A stretch of DNA of 64,000 bases from positions 12,978-76,977 of the IMG/VR virus record IMGVR_UViG_3300028025_006190; one strand, given 5' to 3'. The position numbers and the translations under genes were made by a program. Below the pieces are notes generated by a model, which was given only the letters and a program-made list of their open reading frames with translations, was not told the DNA's origin and searched no databases. Positions 48,060 through 55,695 of the stretch are shown one piece after another. This stretch comes from a virus. The stretch's first letter is position 1. Each line of letters starts with the position of its first letter.

Positions 48060-48163
48060 AGCTCGCAAGATTTTACGAGGTGCTACACTAGATAAAACCC
48101 AATAAATATCAGCAAAATGGCCAAGTTTCCTTGGTCAATTTTCATCTCACCTGGAGGTCATAT

Positions 48164-48247
48164 ATGAACGAAAAAATAACAACCCTTGGCGAATACCAGG
48201 TCCCAATCGACCCGATGGATGAGTTCCAGTGCGAGGGGTGCCAATAG
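48164..48247 (+). CDS. 27-aa peptide resembling the RNR-alpha C-terminal redox tail (CxxCQ-stop); not in ORF track
   Basis: GGAGG RBS 6 nt before ATG. MNEKITTLGEYQVPIDPMDEFQCEGCQ. Confidence 0.75.
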   Translation: MNEKITTLGEYQVPIDPMDEFQCEGCQ

Positions 48248-48334
48248 GCACGACCCCGAAACGGGTCCGGCCCGGTGCTCCTCGATCGTTGCTAGAGTCG
48301 AGCGCCGGGCCAACTAATCTTATAAAATGACTAT

Positions 48335-49285
48335 ATGACAGGCGTAACTCCGGAGACCTTAGTTCTTACTTCTGAAGGTTATCGGGAGATTTTATCACTA
48401 ACTGGTTCTCCATTTTTAGTGTGGAATGGCGGGGAATACACTCCAGCAGTTGCGCAAAAACTAGCTGAACAACAAAAAGTTATTCGGATAGAGCTTGTTT
48501 CTGGTACTGAAATTGAGTGTGCAGCAGACTTTGAATTTCGGATCCAACGTGACTACTACGTCACTGCAGTGCATAACCAGGAAGCGAGATACCTGGCTCC
48601 CGGTGATCGACTCATCAAGGGTTGGTATCCAGTAGTTCCGGGTGGGGCTGAAGAGTTTCCCTACTCATATACACACGGCTACTACTCCGGAGCTGAGAAG
48701 TTTCGACTGGGAGACAAAGTTCTTGCAAGATCTGCAGTCTACGGAGTTAGGCGGCAGTCTCTACAACTTCTACAACTAAATACAGAACTAGATCAAAAAA
48801 GAAGTCTTAAGTTTTTAGACAGTATGCCTGAAGACTATGAAATCCCCCTCGATTTTAGATACTCACTCGAGACAAAGCTGGAGTGGCTAGCTGGACTTTT
48901 TGATTCTGGTCTTATCAAAAGAAAAGTGGGAATCAGGCCGATCTGGGATATTTACTCAGAAAATTATGACTTCCTAAAAAGACTGAAACTATTCAGTCAT
49001 ACGCTTGGCGGAGACGCTCGAGTAATAAAAAATAGTGATCTTGGAAGAGCTCACTACACTTTTCGTTTGGCCAATACGTGGGTGCAGAACCTAAGAAAAA
49101 TGAATATCCCCGTAGTTAACCACTCGTTCCCCGAGATCAACTACACCAGAAGAAGCATTGATTATCCGAAGATAGCTCAAGTAATTGATGACTACAGATA
49201 CTCAGACATATACAACATCACACAAGAAAACAAAGACACGGTTGTCCTCAACGGCATCCTTGTTCCAAACAACTCAGAAAGGTAA
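48335..49285 (+). CDS. Free-standing degenerate intein (HINT + LAGLIDADG-like), leaderless
   Basis: GVTPETLVLTSEG (block A lacking Cys), LAPGDRL, WLAGLFDS and IYNI...VLNGILVPN (blocks F/G). TAAAAT-N6-ATG. Confidence 0.75.
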   Translation: MTGVTPETLVLTSEGYREILSLTGSPFLVWNGGEYTPAVAQKLAEQQKVIRIELVSGTEIECAADFEFRIQRDYYVTAVHNQEARYLAPGDRLIKGWYPVVPGGAEEFPYSYTHGYYSGAEKFRLGDKVLARSAVYGVRRQSLQLLQLNTELDQKRSLKFLDSMPEDYEIPLDFRYSLETKLEWLAGLFDSGLIKRKVGIRPIWDIYSENYDFLKRLKLFSHTLGGDARVIKNSDLGRAHYTFRLANTWVQNLRKMNIPVVNHSFPEINYTRRSIDYPKIAQVIDDYRYSDIYNITQENKDTVVLNGILVPNNSER

Positions 49286-49289
49286 CACC

Positions 49290-50279
49290 ATGGGAATCCT
49301 CGGAAAAGGAATCCAGGAGGGCCTCCTCCTCAAGCCAGTCAAATACCAGTGGGCAATGGATCTGTACGACCAGGCCGTAGCGAACACGTGGTTCCCTAAC
49401 GAAATTCAGCTCGGAGAAGATATTGCCGACTTCAAGAAGATGTCTGAGGAAGAGCAGCACGCCATCACATTCTTGATGTCGTTCTTTAACCCCTCGGAGC
49501 TGATTGTAAACAAGGCTCTTGCCTTTGGCGTGTACCCATATCTGAACGCACCCGAGTGCCACCTGTACCTCGCGAAGCAGATGTGGGAAGAAGCAAACCA
49601 CTGCATGTCGTTCGAGTACGTTCTCGAAACCTTCCCCGTTGATCGCGCAGAAATCTACAACCAACACGTCTCGGTTCCCAGCATCAAAGCCAAGGAAGAC
49701 TTTGAGGTCAAGTTCATCACGCGCATGACCGAAGAGACTCTTGACATTGAGACCGTAGAAGGCAAGCAGGACTTCGTCCGTAACCTTGTCGCTTACTCGG
49801 TCATCATGGAGGGCATCTGGTTCTACTCGGGCTTCATGGTGGCGCTCAGCTTCCGCCAGCGCAACCTGCTGCGTAACTTTGGTTCGCTCGTTGACTGGAT
49901 TGTTCGTGACGAGAGTCTGCACCTCAAGTTTGGTGTCAACCTTGTTGTGACCATCCTGGACGAGAACCCCGACATCGTGACTGAAGAATTTGCTGCTGAG
50001 ATCAAGCAAATGATTTTGGACGCTGTCGACATGGAGACGGCGTACAACAAGGATCAGTTCCCCAATGGAATCCTCGGTCTAAATGCTGACTACGCTACGC
50101 AGTACACCAAGTACCTTGCAGACCGTCGTCTTGAGGAGCTCGGCTTTGGCCCGCACTACAACGTGACAAACCCCGCAAAGTGGATGGCAGCAGCCAACGA
50201 TACTTTGCAGTTGGTCAACTTCTTTGAATCAACAAACACTTCTTACGAAGTTAACGCTACATCATCTAGCAAGCACTAG
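49290..50279 (+). CDS. nrdB: Ribonucleotide reductase beta subunit, class Ic-like
   Basis: WFPNEI, SELIV, EEANHCMSF, EGIWFYSGF, RDESLH and NFFE motifs. Confidence 0.92.
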   Translation: MGILGKGIQEGLLLKPVKYQWAMDLYDQAVANTWFPNEIQLGEDIADFKKMSEEEQHAITFLMSFFNPSELIVNKALAFGVYPYLNAPECHLYLAKQMWEEANHCMSFEYVLETFPVDRAEIYNQHVSVPSIKAKEDFEVKFITRMTEETLDIETVEGKQDFVRNLVAYSVIMEGIWFYSGFMVALSFRQRNLLRNFGSLVDWIVRDESLHLKFGVNLVVTILDENPDIVTEEFAAEIKQMILDAVDMETAYNKDQFPNGILGLNADYATQYTKYLADRRLEELGFGPHYNVTNPAKWMAAANDTLQLVNFFESTNTSYEVNATSSSKH

Positions 50280-50287
50280 GAGCAGTT

Positions 50288-50329
50288 ATGTGTTGCTGCA
50301 CAGAATGCAAGTGCGGTCTTAAAGACTAG
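50288..50329 (+). CDS. Putative 13-aa Cys-rich peptide MCCCTECKCGLKD
   Basis: AGGAG RBS overlapping the nrdB stop; lies before the terminator. Confidence 0.4.
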   Translation: MCCCTECKCGLKD

Positions 50330-50334
50330 TCCGC

Positions 50335-50374
50335 AAAAAGAAAACCCCCTCTTAGGAGGGGGCTCTCTTTTTTT
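50335..50374. terminator. Bidirectional terminator
   Basis: CCCCCTC-TTAG-GAGGGGG with flanking A- and T-tracts, between convergent genes. Confidence 0.75.
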
Positions 50375-50385
50375 ACAAAGCTCTG

Positions 50386-50973
50386 TTAGCGAGTTTCGTA
50401 TCTACAAAGAATTCTGTGGAGCTCTTCTTTAACTTCTACTGGTCGATAGGGGAATCCAATAATTTCCCAAATCATGTCACCTTTGTGAAAAGAGATGTCC
50501 ATGACATAAATTTCCCAGCCGTGCTCAGAATAGATGGGGATGGAGATGTGATCCCCCCGATGCGAATTATCAGTAATTCCGGGGTTTCCATTGTCGTAGG
50601 ACCTATAGTGTTGGATTAGCGGGAAGACGGGATGCCATCCATAAATTTCTGTCTGCCCGATAATAGTGTCTTCATAGTACTCGTCTGTAATTTCAGACTC
50701 TGACACATTCCATTTTTTGCTCCAAGGCTCCCTCACGTTTGGGTTTTCTTTTTCGTAGGTAAGAGTATCTACCTTGTGTCTAATGCTGCTGGACATTAAA
50801 AAGAAAAGCCAGGAAATATCTTTGTCATCGAAACTAGACGAGTCTTTACCTATGGCATTTACTTTTTCTGGCTTGCCCATCATCTTGAAAAGTTCTGTCA
50901 TTCTCTCAAGATCTGACTCAACTTCTTCTTTGATAATGTTTTTCATCATTACTGATGTTTCTAAAATAGACAT
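50386..50973 (-). CDS. Hypothetical protein
   Basis: ORF with AGGA before the ATG at 50973. Confidence 0.55.
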   Translation of the reverse strand: MSILETSVMMKNIIKEEVESDLERMTELFKMMGKPEKVNAIGKDSSSFDDKDISWLFFLMSSSIRHKVDTLTYEKENPNVREPWSKKWNVSESEITDEYYEDTIIGQTEIYGWHPVFPLIQHYRSYDNGNPGITDNSHRGDHISIPIYSEHGWEIYVMDISFHKGDMIWEIIGFPYRPVEVKEELHRILCRYETR

Positions 50974-51061
50974 AGCTATCCTGCTTTCTGTTGTAGGAAG
51001 GGCCGTGCTCGGGCCCACTACGAGAATAGCAGATATTTAACTAGGATCGAGACGGTAAATA

Positions 51062-52126
51062 CTACTCGATTGGTCCGCCGACAGCCCAGGCGTTGCAGGT
51101 GCGAGATGCTGCGCACTTAAAGTCCAGAGCTTCGCAGTATCCGAGCTCAGCTTGATCGATTGCGGAGTCGGCATCTCCGCCGGAAGATCCGCCCTGCTCG
51201 ATTCCTGTAGCGATGCAATCTAACATCTCGGGGGTGCGGACAAAGAATACGCAAGTAGCGCAGGTCGTAGTTCTAGCCTCTTCTACAGTGGTCTTCCACT
51301 TATCTGCCTTGTCCTGCCAGAACTCATCGTTGGGTTCTTTGGGATTTAGCGGGCCGTAACCTACGTTGTCGATGGCGTTCTGACGGTTTTTGAGGTTTAG
51401 TTGGATGTCCTGTGTGGCGGGTGGGCACTCTTCCTCGTTGAGGGTGGCAAACATAGAAGCCAGCAACGGGGAGATGTTGGCTGCCTCTGAACTACGAGGG
51501 TGGGCTTTGGGGAGTAGATCGTTGTCTGATACGTACTTTGCGTTGGTGGGCTTACCAGACTTTACAAGCTTGAGGAACGCATTTACTCGAGCCATGGCCC
51601 ACGAGTTACGGTTTTGGTCTGGGCGGTGGGAGGTGGAGAATGCACCAGCACCACGACGGTAGACAGCCTTGAGCATCCGAAGGTTGACCTTACGACCATT
51701 TTTAGCTTTGGCGTTGTGGTCTTCTACCTTCTTCTCTAGAGCCGAGATAATTGATTCTGTGAACCTAACGCTGGCACCTGTGTCGGCTGATCCAGCCTTG
51801 TTCTTGTCAGATCCTTTTATTTGATCTTTCTTTGGGGCCGGCTTAGATCCAGCGGTGGCAGTTACCGCACCATCTGGTAGGACGGCAAAGCGACACAGGC
51901 CGCCATCTTCTACTTCAGAATCAATAATTGAGCAACCATTAGGTGAGTTGAAGAAGACGCAGTTGCCACACTTGACACCAATCTTGGCGTTCTCTACGTT
52001 CTCGGCGGCAGGTGTGTAGCCCGCCCAGACGCCTGTGTTGTCGTCGTTAAACTTCCCATATTTTTGGGTAATCTCAATAAGTGCTTGAGCGAGGTCATTT
52101 TCCTCGGGAACTAAAAAACCAGTCAT
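51062..52126 (-). CDS. Three-domain Cys-rich protein (leaderless), possibly head-associated
   Basis: CGNCVFF..C...LC; KAVYRRGAGAF..SHRP...WAMARVNAF; CPPATQD...YGPLNP...CATC...YC...FKC...TC. Confidence 0.7.
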   Translation of the reverse strand: MTGFLVPEENDLAQALIEITQKYGKFNDDNTGVWAGYTPAAENVENAKIGVKCGNCVFFNSPNGCSIIDSEVEDGGLCRFAVLPDGAVTATAGSKPAPKKDQIKGSDKNKAGSADTGASVRFTESIISALEKKVEDHNAKAKNGRKVNLRMLKAVYRRGAGAFSTSHRPDQNRNSWAMARVNAFLKLVKSGKPTNAKYVSDNDLLPKAHPRSSEAANISPLLASMFATLNEEECPPATQDIQLNLKNRQNAIDNVGYGPLNPKEPNDEFWQDKADKWKTTVEEARTTTCATCVFFVRTPEMLDCIATGIEQGGSSGGDADSAIDQAELGYCEALDFKCAASRTCNAWAVGGPIE

Positions 52127-52206
52127 AAATCTATTGTATAGTAGATATGTTTTTACTAAATGTTAGTTATGCCGTAAAATAGATCAAACCTAGAAGAAGG
52201 AAACAA

Positions 52207-52527
52207 ATGAGTAAAGTTCAAGATCTAACTGAGGAAACATTTAAATCAGATGTCCTAGAAGGCTCTGGGCCGGCTCTCGTGGAGTTTTGGGGGTCCTGGT
52301 GCAGTTCATGTAAGGCTATGTTTCCAGTCCTAGACGAACTCTCGGAGGCGCAGGATAAGCTGAAAATCACCAAACTAAGTGTGGAAGATGCGCCAGAAGT
52401 GGCTAGGAGCTATGGGGTTACAAGCATCCCCGCGATGTTGGTTTTCGAAAATGGAGTAGTAGTTCAGACAATTGTTGGTGCAAAAACATATGAGAAGTTG
52501 TCTGAAGAACTAAAAGATTTTATTTAA
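52207..52527 (+). CDS. trxA: Thioredoxin with WCSSC active site
   Basis: LVEFWGSWCSSCK and SIPAM motifs; 106 aa. Confidence 0.88.
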   Translation: MSKVQDLTEETFKSDVLEGSGPALVEFWGSWCSSCKAMFPVLDELSEAQDKLKITKLSVEDAPEVARSYGVTSIPAMLVFENGVVVQTIVGAKTYEKLSEELKDFI

Positions 52528-52536
52528 ACTCTAGAT

Positions 52537-52574
52537 AAATAAATAACCCCGTCAAAAGACGGGGTTATTTGTTT
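52537..52574. terminator. Bidirectional terminator
   Basis: AAATAACCCCGTC/GACGGGGTTATTT between convergent genes. Confidence 0.75.
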
Positions 52575-52576
52575 GA

Positions 52577-52798
52577 TCAATCTTCTTGATCACCGTACGG
52601 TTCTTTTGTAGGAGAAAGACGGTGGCGCTCATCAATGATTCTAGATGCTCTGTCTGCAGCGATTGGTGCGTGCTCTGTCCAGTGATGAGCGCAGAATAGT
52701 AACTCTCCCGTATCAAACATAACTTGTACGTATGCCTGAGCCGAGCACTGATCACATCTATCAGTTAATTTTAGAATCTCAGTGTTCAATTCAGTCAT
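52577..52798 (-). CDS. Small actinobacterial-type zinc-binding protein (leaderless)
   Basis: DRCDQCSAQAY...LLFCAHH. Confidence 0.7.
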   Translation of the reverse strand: MTELNTEILKLTDRCDQCSAQAYVQVMFDTGELLFCAHHWTEHAPIAADRASRIIDERHRLSPTKEPYGDQED

Positions 52799-52828
52799 AC
52801 ATCTATTGTATCCAAGTAAACTAATAGT

Positions 52829-53614
52829 GTGAATATATCAACTATCAGATCTGAAGTTAGAAAAGTCACTGAGCAGCTTATTCCAGAAAATGCAAACTCA
52901 TATGATGCTACGCATAAATTACGTTATGCCCGAACGCTAGAAGTTATCCTTGAATCATATGAGAGTGGGCCCATTCTTGAGCTAGGCACTAGTTCGGTGA
53001 TTCCTGTGGCTCTCGAGCTTTTAGGGATTGATGCAGACATATCAGTTACAAACTTCGATCTGTCTCAGACAATAACCGGATCTTTTACCTGCGAAGTGGC
53101 TGGACTTTCCCGAGAAGCTAAGAGATACAGTGTTAACCTGGAGAGTACGCCTCTTCCAGCGAAAGATCAAACATACGGTCTTGTCCTGTGTTGTGAAGTT
53201 ATTGAGCATATGGACGTAGATCCGATGTTCATGCTTTCTGAGATAAACCGTGTCCTACCGGTGGGAGGCAAGATGATTATCTCTACTCCAAACATCACTA
53301 GTTCGCGGGGACTATGGAAAATGTTGCGGGGCATTGAGCCTTACTTTTTCATGCAGTACCACAAGGACCGCAGCCCGTATAGACACAACTACGAACACAG
53401 TGTGGACACTCTTAGTGCCCTATTGTCTGGGGCTGGGTTTGAATATGAGATCTGGACAGAAAACACATTTGAGCCTGGGATATCAGAAGATATTGGTCGT
53501 CTTAAAGCTGCTGGATATAAAATTCGAGAAGACAGACTTGGAGACAACATCTTTGCTGTGGCAACAAAAGTTTCTGGCGTTGTAGATCGACACCCCGGGC
53601 TCGTCTATGTATGA
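52829..53614 (+). CDS. Class I SAM-dependent methyltransferase (leaderless)
   Basis: ILELG, CCEVIEHM and RVLPVGGKMIISTPN motifs. Confidence 0.8.
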   Translation: MNISTIRSEVRKVTEQLIPENANSYDATHKLRYARTLEVILESYESGPILELGTSSVIPVALELLGIDADISVTNFDLSQTITGSFTCEVAGLSREAKRYSVNLESTPLPAKDQTYGLVLCCEVIEHMDVDPMFMLSEINRVLPVGGKMIISTPNITSSRGLWKMLRGIEPYFFMQYHKDRSPYRHNYEHSVDTLSALLSGAGFEYEIWTENTFEPGISEDIGRLKAAGYKIREDRLGDNIFAVATKVSGVVDRHPGLVYV

Positions 53615-54545
53615 GGGTGAATTCCCTACGATTGGGAAGTGGGGTGGGGAAGCGTGGCAGATCCGTCGCTTAGCAGATAGAAACGTTAAAACATGGTCAG
53701 CTTCTAATCCTTCTATTGCTCGAGGCGGTGATGGTCGACTGTTGACAACTATCAGGTCTAGTAACTATGTCATTGCCCCCGCTTCTGGTCAGCTCTACGT
53801 AACTGAAGGTGGGCCGATCAAAACTCGAGTGTGGATGTCGTGGGTTTCAGATGACCTGACTATCTCTGAGCCTAAGCAAGTGGCCATTAGGGATTGGGAA
53901 GAGTTTAGATTTGTTCGAGGAGTTGAAGACGCTAAGCCATTCTGGGTAGATGGTCAGTGGTTCTTCACGGGTGTCGTGTTGGAGCGGGAGCAGAACATTG
54001 CACGACAGGGCTTGTTTGTCTTTGACCCCGACAAGTTGAGGGCCGAGATGGTCGCGCTGTACCCGGGTAAGCGTAAGCTAAAGCCTGAGAAGAACTGGAT
54101 GTACATTCCGGGGACCAAGCCTTTTGACTTTGTTTACGGGCCGGATTGTGTCCTATCTGGGGGCAAGTTTAGAGACATTAAAAAAAGTAGAAAAGTTCCG
54201 GATGATCTTAGGGGAACATCTCATATTGTTGAGACCAGCATCGGGCTGATCGGAATGGGTCACCAGCTGTACACAAAAAGAGTGCGCAGCTATAACGCGA
54301 TGACATTTGGCTATCAAGATGGGCTGCTTAAGGACTACACACACAGATTTGTTTTGTACAAGCCCAACGGTGAGATTGAAGCCACGACTCCTGAGTTCCG
54401 ATTCTACGGTCCAGGGATTGAGTTTGCTTCTGGACTAATTGAGCACGGCGGAAAATTAGTCGTGTCTTTTGGAGTAGAAGACATCACCAGTCACCTGGCA
54501 ACTATTGATGTTAAGAAGATCGAGAAGAAGCTTCGACCGGTATAA
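53607..54545 (+). CDS. Beta-propeller glycoside hydrolase/phosphorylase-like protein
   Basis: NPSI, GVEDAK, EKNWM, LRG and IEFASGL...SFGVED motifs. Confidence 0.6.
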   Translation: MYEGEFPTIGKWGGEAWQIRRLADRNVKTWSASNPSIARGGDGRLLTTIRSSNYVIAPASGQLYVTEGGPIKTRVWMSWVSDDLTISEPKQVAIRDWEEFRFVRGVEDAKPFWVDGQWFFTGVVLEREQNIARQGLFVFDPDKLRAEMVALYPGKRKLKPEKNWMYIPGTKPFDFVYGPDCVLSGGKFRDIKKSRKVPDDLRGTSHIVETSIGLIGMGHQLYTKRVRSYNAMTFGYQDGLLKDYTHRFVLYKPNGEIEATTPEFRFYGPGIEFASGLIEHGGKLVVSFGVEDITSHLATIDVKKIEKKLRPV

Positions 54546-54581
54546 GTTGCTTATTTCCTAACCAGTCAATAGACTCTAGCC

Positions 54582-54860
54582 ATGACAAACTACATGGAAA
54601 TGCCAGATTTTTTTAATAAAGAAAAGGGCGCTACACCGTGCTCCGAGGCTGATCCAGATGGTTTTTTTCCAGAACAAGGTGAGCAACACCTAGGAAGACT
54701 TGCAAAAAAGATATGTAAAACATGCCCGTATCAACCTGAGTGCCTAGACTGGGCACTTAAGAATGACGAAGAGATTGGTATCTGGGGCGGCTCCTCGGAA
54801 CAAGAAAGAAGACAGATTCGAACTGGGAAGCTGAAAAAAGAAGATCTATCGTTTTCCTAG
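54582..54860 (+). CDS. whiB: WhiB-family transcription factor (leaderless)
   Basis: CSEADPDGFFP...AKKICKTCPYQPECL.WAL...GIWGG. Promoter TTGCTT-N17-TAGACT-N6-ATG. Confidence 0.92.
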   Translation: MTNYMEMPDFFNKEKGATPCSEADPDGFFPEQGEQHLGRLAKKICKTCPYQPECLDWALKNDEEIGIWGGSSEQERRQIRTGKLKKEDLSFS

Positions 54861-55153
54861 AAGTCTGGGTCGTCGTTAGTGTCTTCCAATAGTTCGATAG
54901 GTTGAACTACACCAGACATCAGAATCGCCCTGGCCAAGTTGATCTCGTTCCTATAACCAGTAGTTGTGTCTCCCTGTGTTGGATCTAGTTGGATCGCACG
55001 TAGAGCTACCCGAAGAAGCGTCAGTGTGGCGGGAATTGAGTCCTTAAGCATCTTGTCTCCGACCGAGAGGGTCTCGTGATTCTGGAGTAGATAGCTAGAC
55101 TGCATCTTTCTCAGCTTCTCAATAGAGCTTTGGATTGTCTGTTCGTTATTCAT
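54857..55153 (-). CDS. Hypothetical protein
   Basis: GGAGG RBS. Confidence 0.5.
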   Translation of the reverse strand: MNNEQTIQSSIEKLRKMQSSYLLQNHETLSVGDKMLKDSIPATLTLLRVALRAIQLDPTQGDTTTGYRNEINLARAILMSGVVQPIELLEDTNDDPDF

Positions 55154-55195
55154 TACAACCTCCACAATAAATATATCTTAGGTTTGTAGAAAAAG

Positions 55196-55495
55196 TCAAT
55201 CGATCCCGCAGCAACCATCACATATATGAACAGTCTCGTTGCTGAGGTTTACTGAGTAGTAGTAAAGAGCTGCATCGTAGTCTGGGTGTGTGAGGCCGTG
55301 CTCACAGGACCTAGTTAGAATCCCGCGGACATCGCAAAACTCTAGGGGAGCGTCTTTTAGGGGGTGATCAGAAGTTTTATTGTGGATTGCACAGAAATTT
55401 CTACACACCAAAATGTCGTGGACCCCGGAGAGATGTAGATTTGGGTCTTCTGTATCAGTCCAATATCCGGTGTTTTTATTTTGTCTAAGCTGCAT
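55196..55495 (-). CDS. Cys/His-rich hypothetical protein
   Basis: H...C...CAIH...R.CEHG..HPD...H.CDGCC. Confidence 0.6.
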   Translation of the reverse strand: MQLRQNKNTGYWTDTEDPNLHLSGVHDILVCRNFCAIHNKTSDHPLKDAPLEFCDVRGILTRSCEHGLTHPDYDAALYYYSVNLSNETVHICDGCCGID

Positions 55496-55695
55496 CAATC
55501 TACGATGATCTTTTTAGAGAGCTGCAGAGCACGGGCGTACTTCTCCGATGCCTCGACTCCGAGCTTAAACTTTGGATCTTGCTTTGCTTGGAGCTCGTAG
55601 GCCTTGTCAAGAATCTCTATGTACTCTTCGTACTCGGTTATGGTCTTCCGGAGGCGGTCCGCGGCCATCTTAATTCGTTCTTGTGGGTTAAGCAT
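55495..55695 (-). CDS. Hypothetical protein
   Basis: Translationally coupled ORF. Confidence 0.5.
   Translation of the reverse strand: MLNPQERIKMAADRLRKTITEYEEYIEILDKAYELQAKQDPKFKLGVEASEKYARALQLSKKIIVD

Noticed and set aside
49185-49289. Longer nrdB start or an intein-nrdB fusion
   Set aside because: The ORFs are in different frames. The RBS-like AGAAAGG precedes ATG 49290, where the conserved-looking N-terminus begins.
52154-52168. NrdR box upstream of trxA (ACTAAATGTTAGT)
   Set aside because: Palindrome spacing does not fit the 16-bp NrdR consensus and there is no tandem copy.
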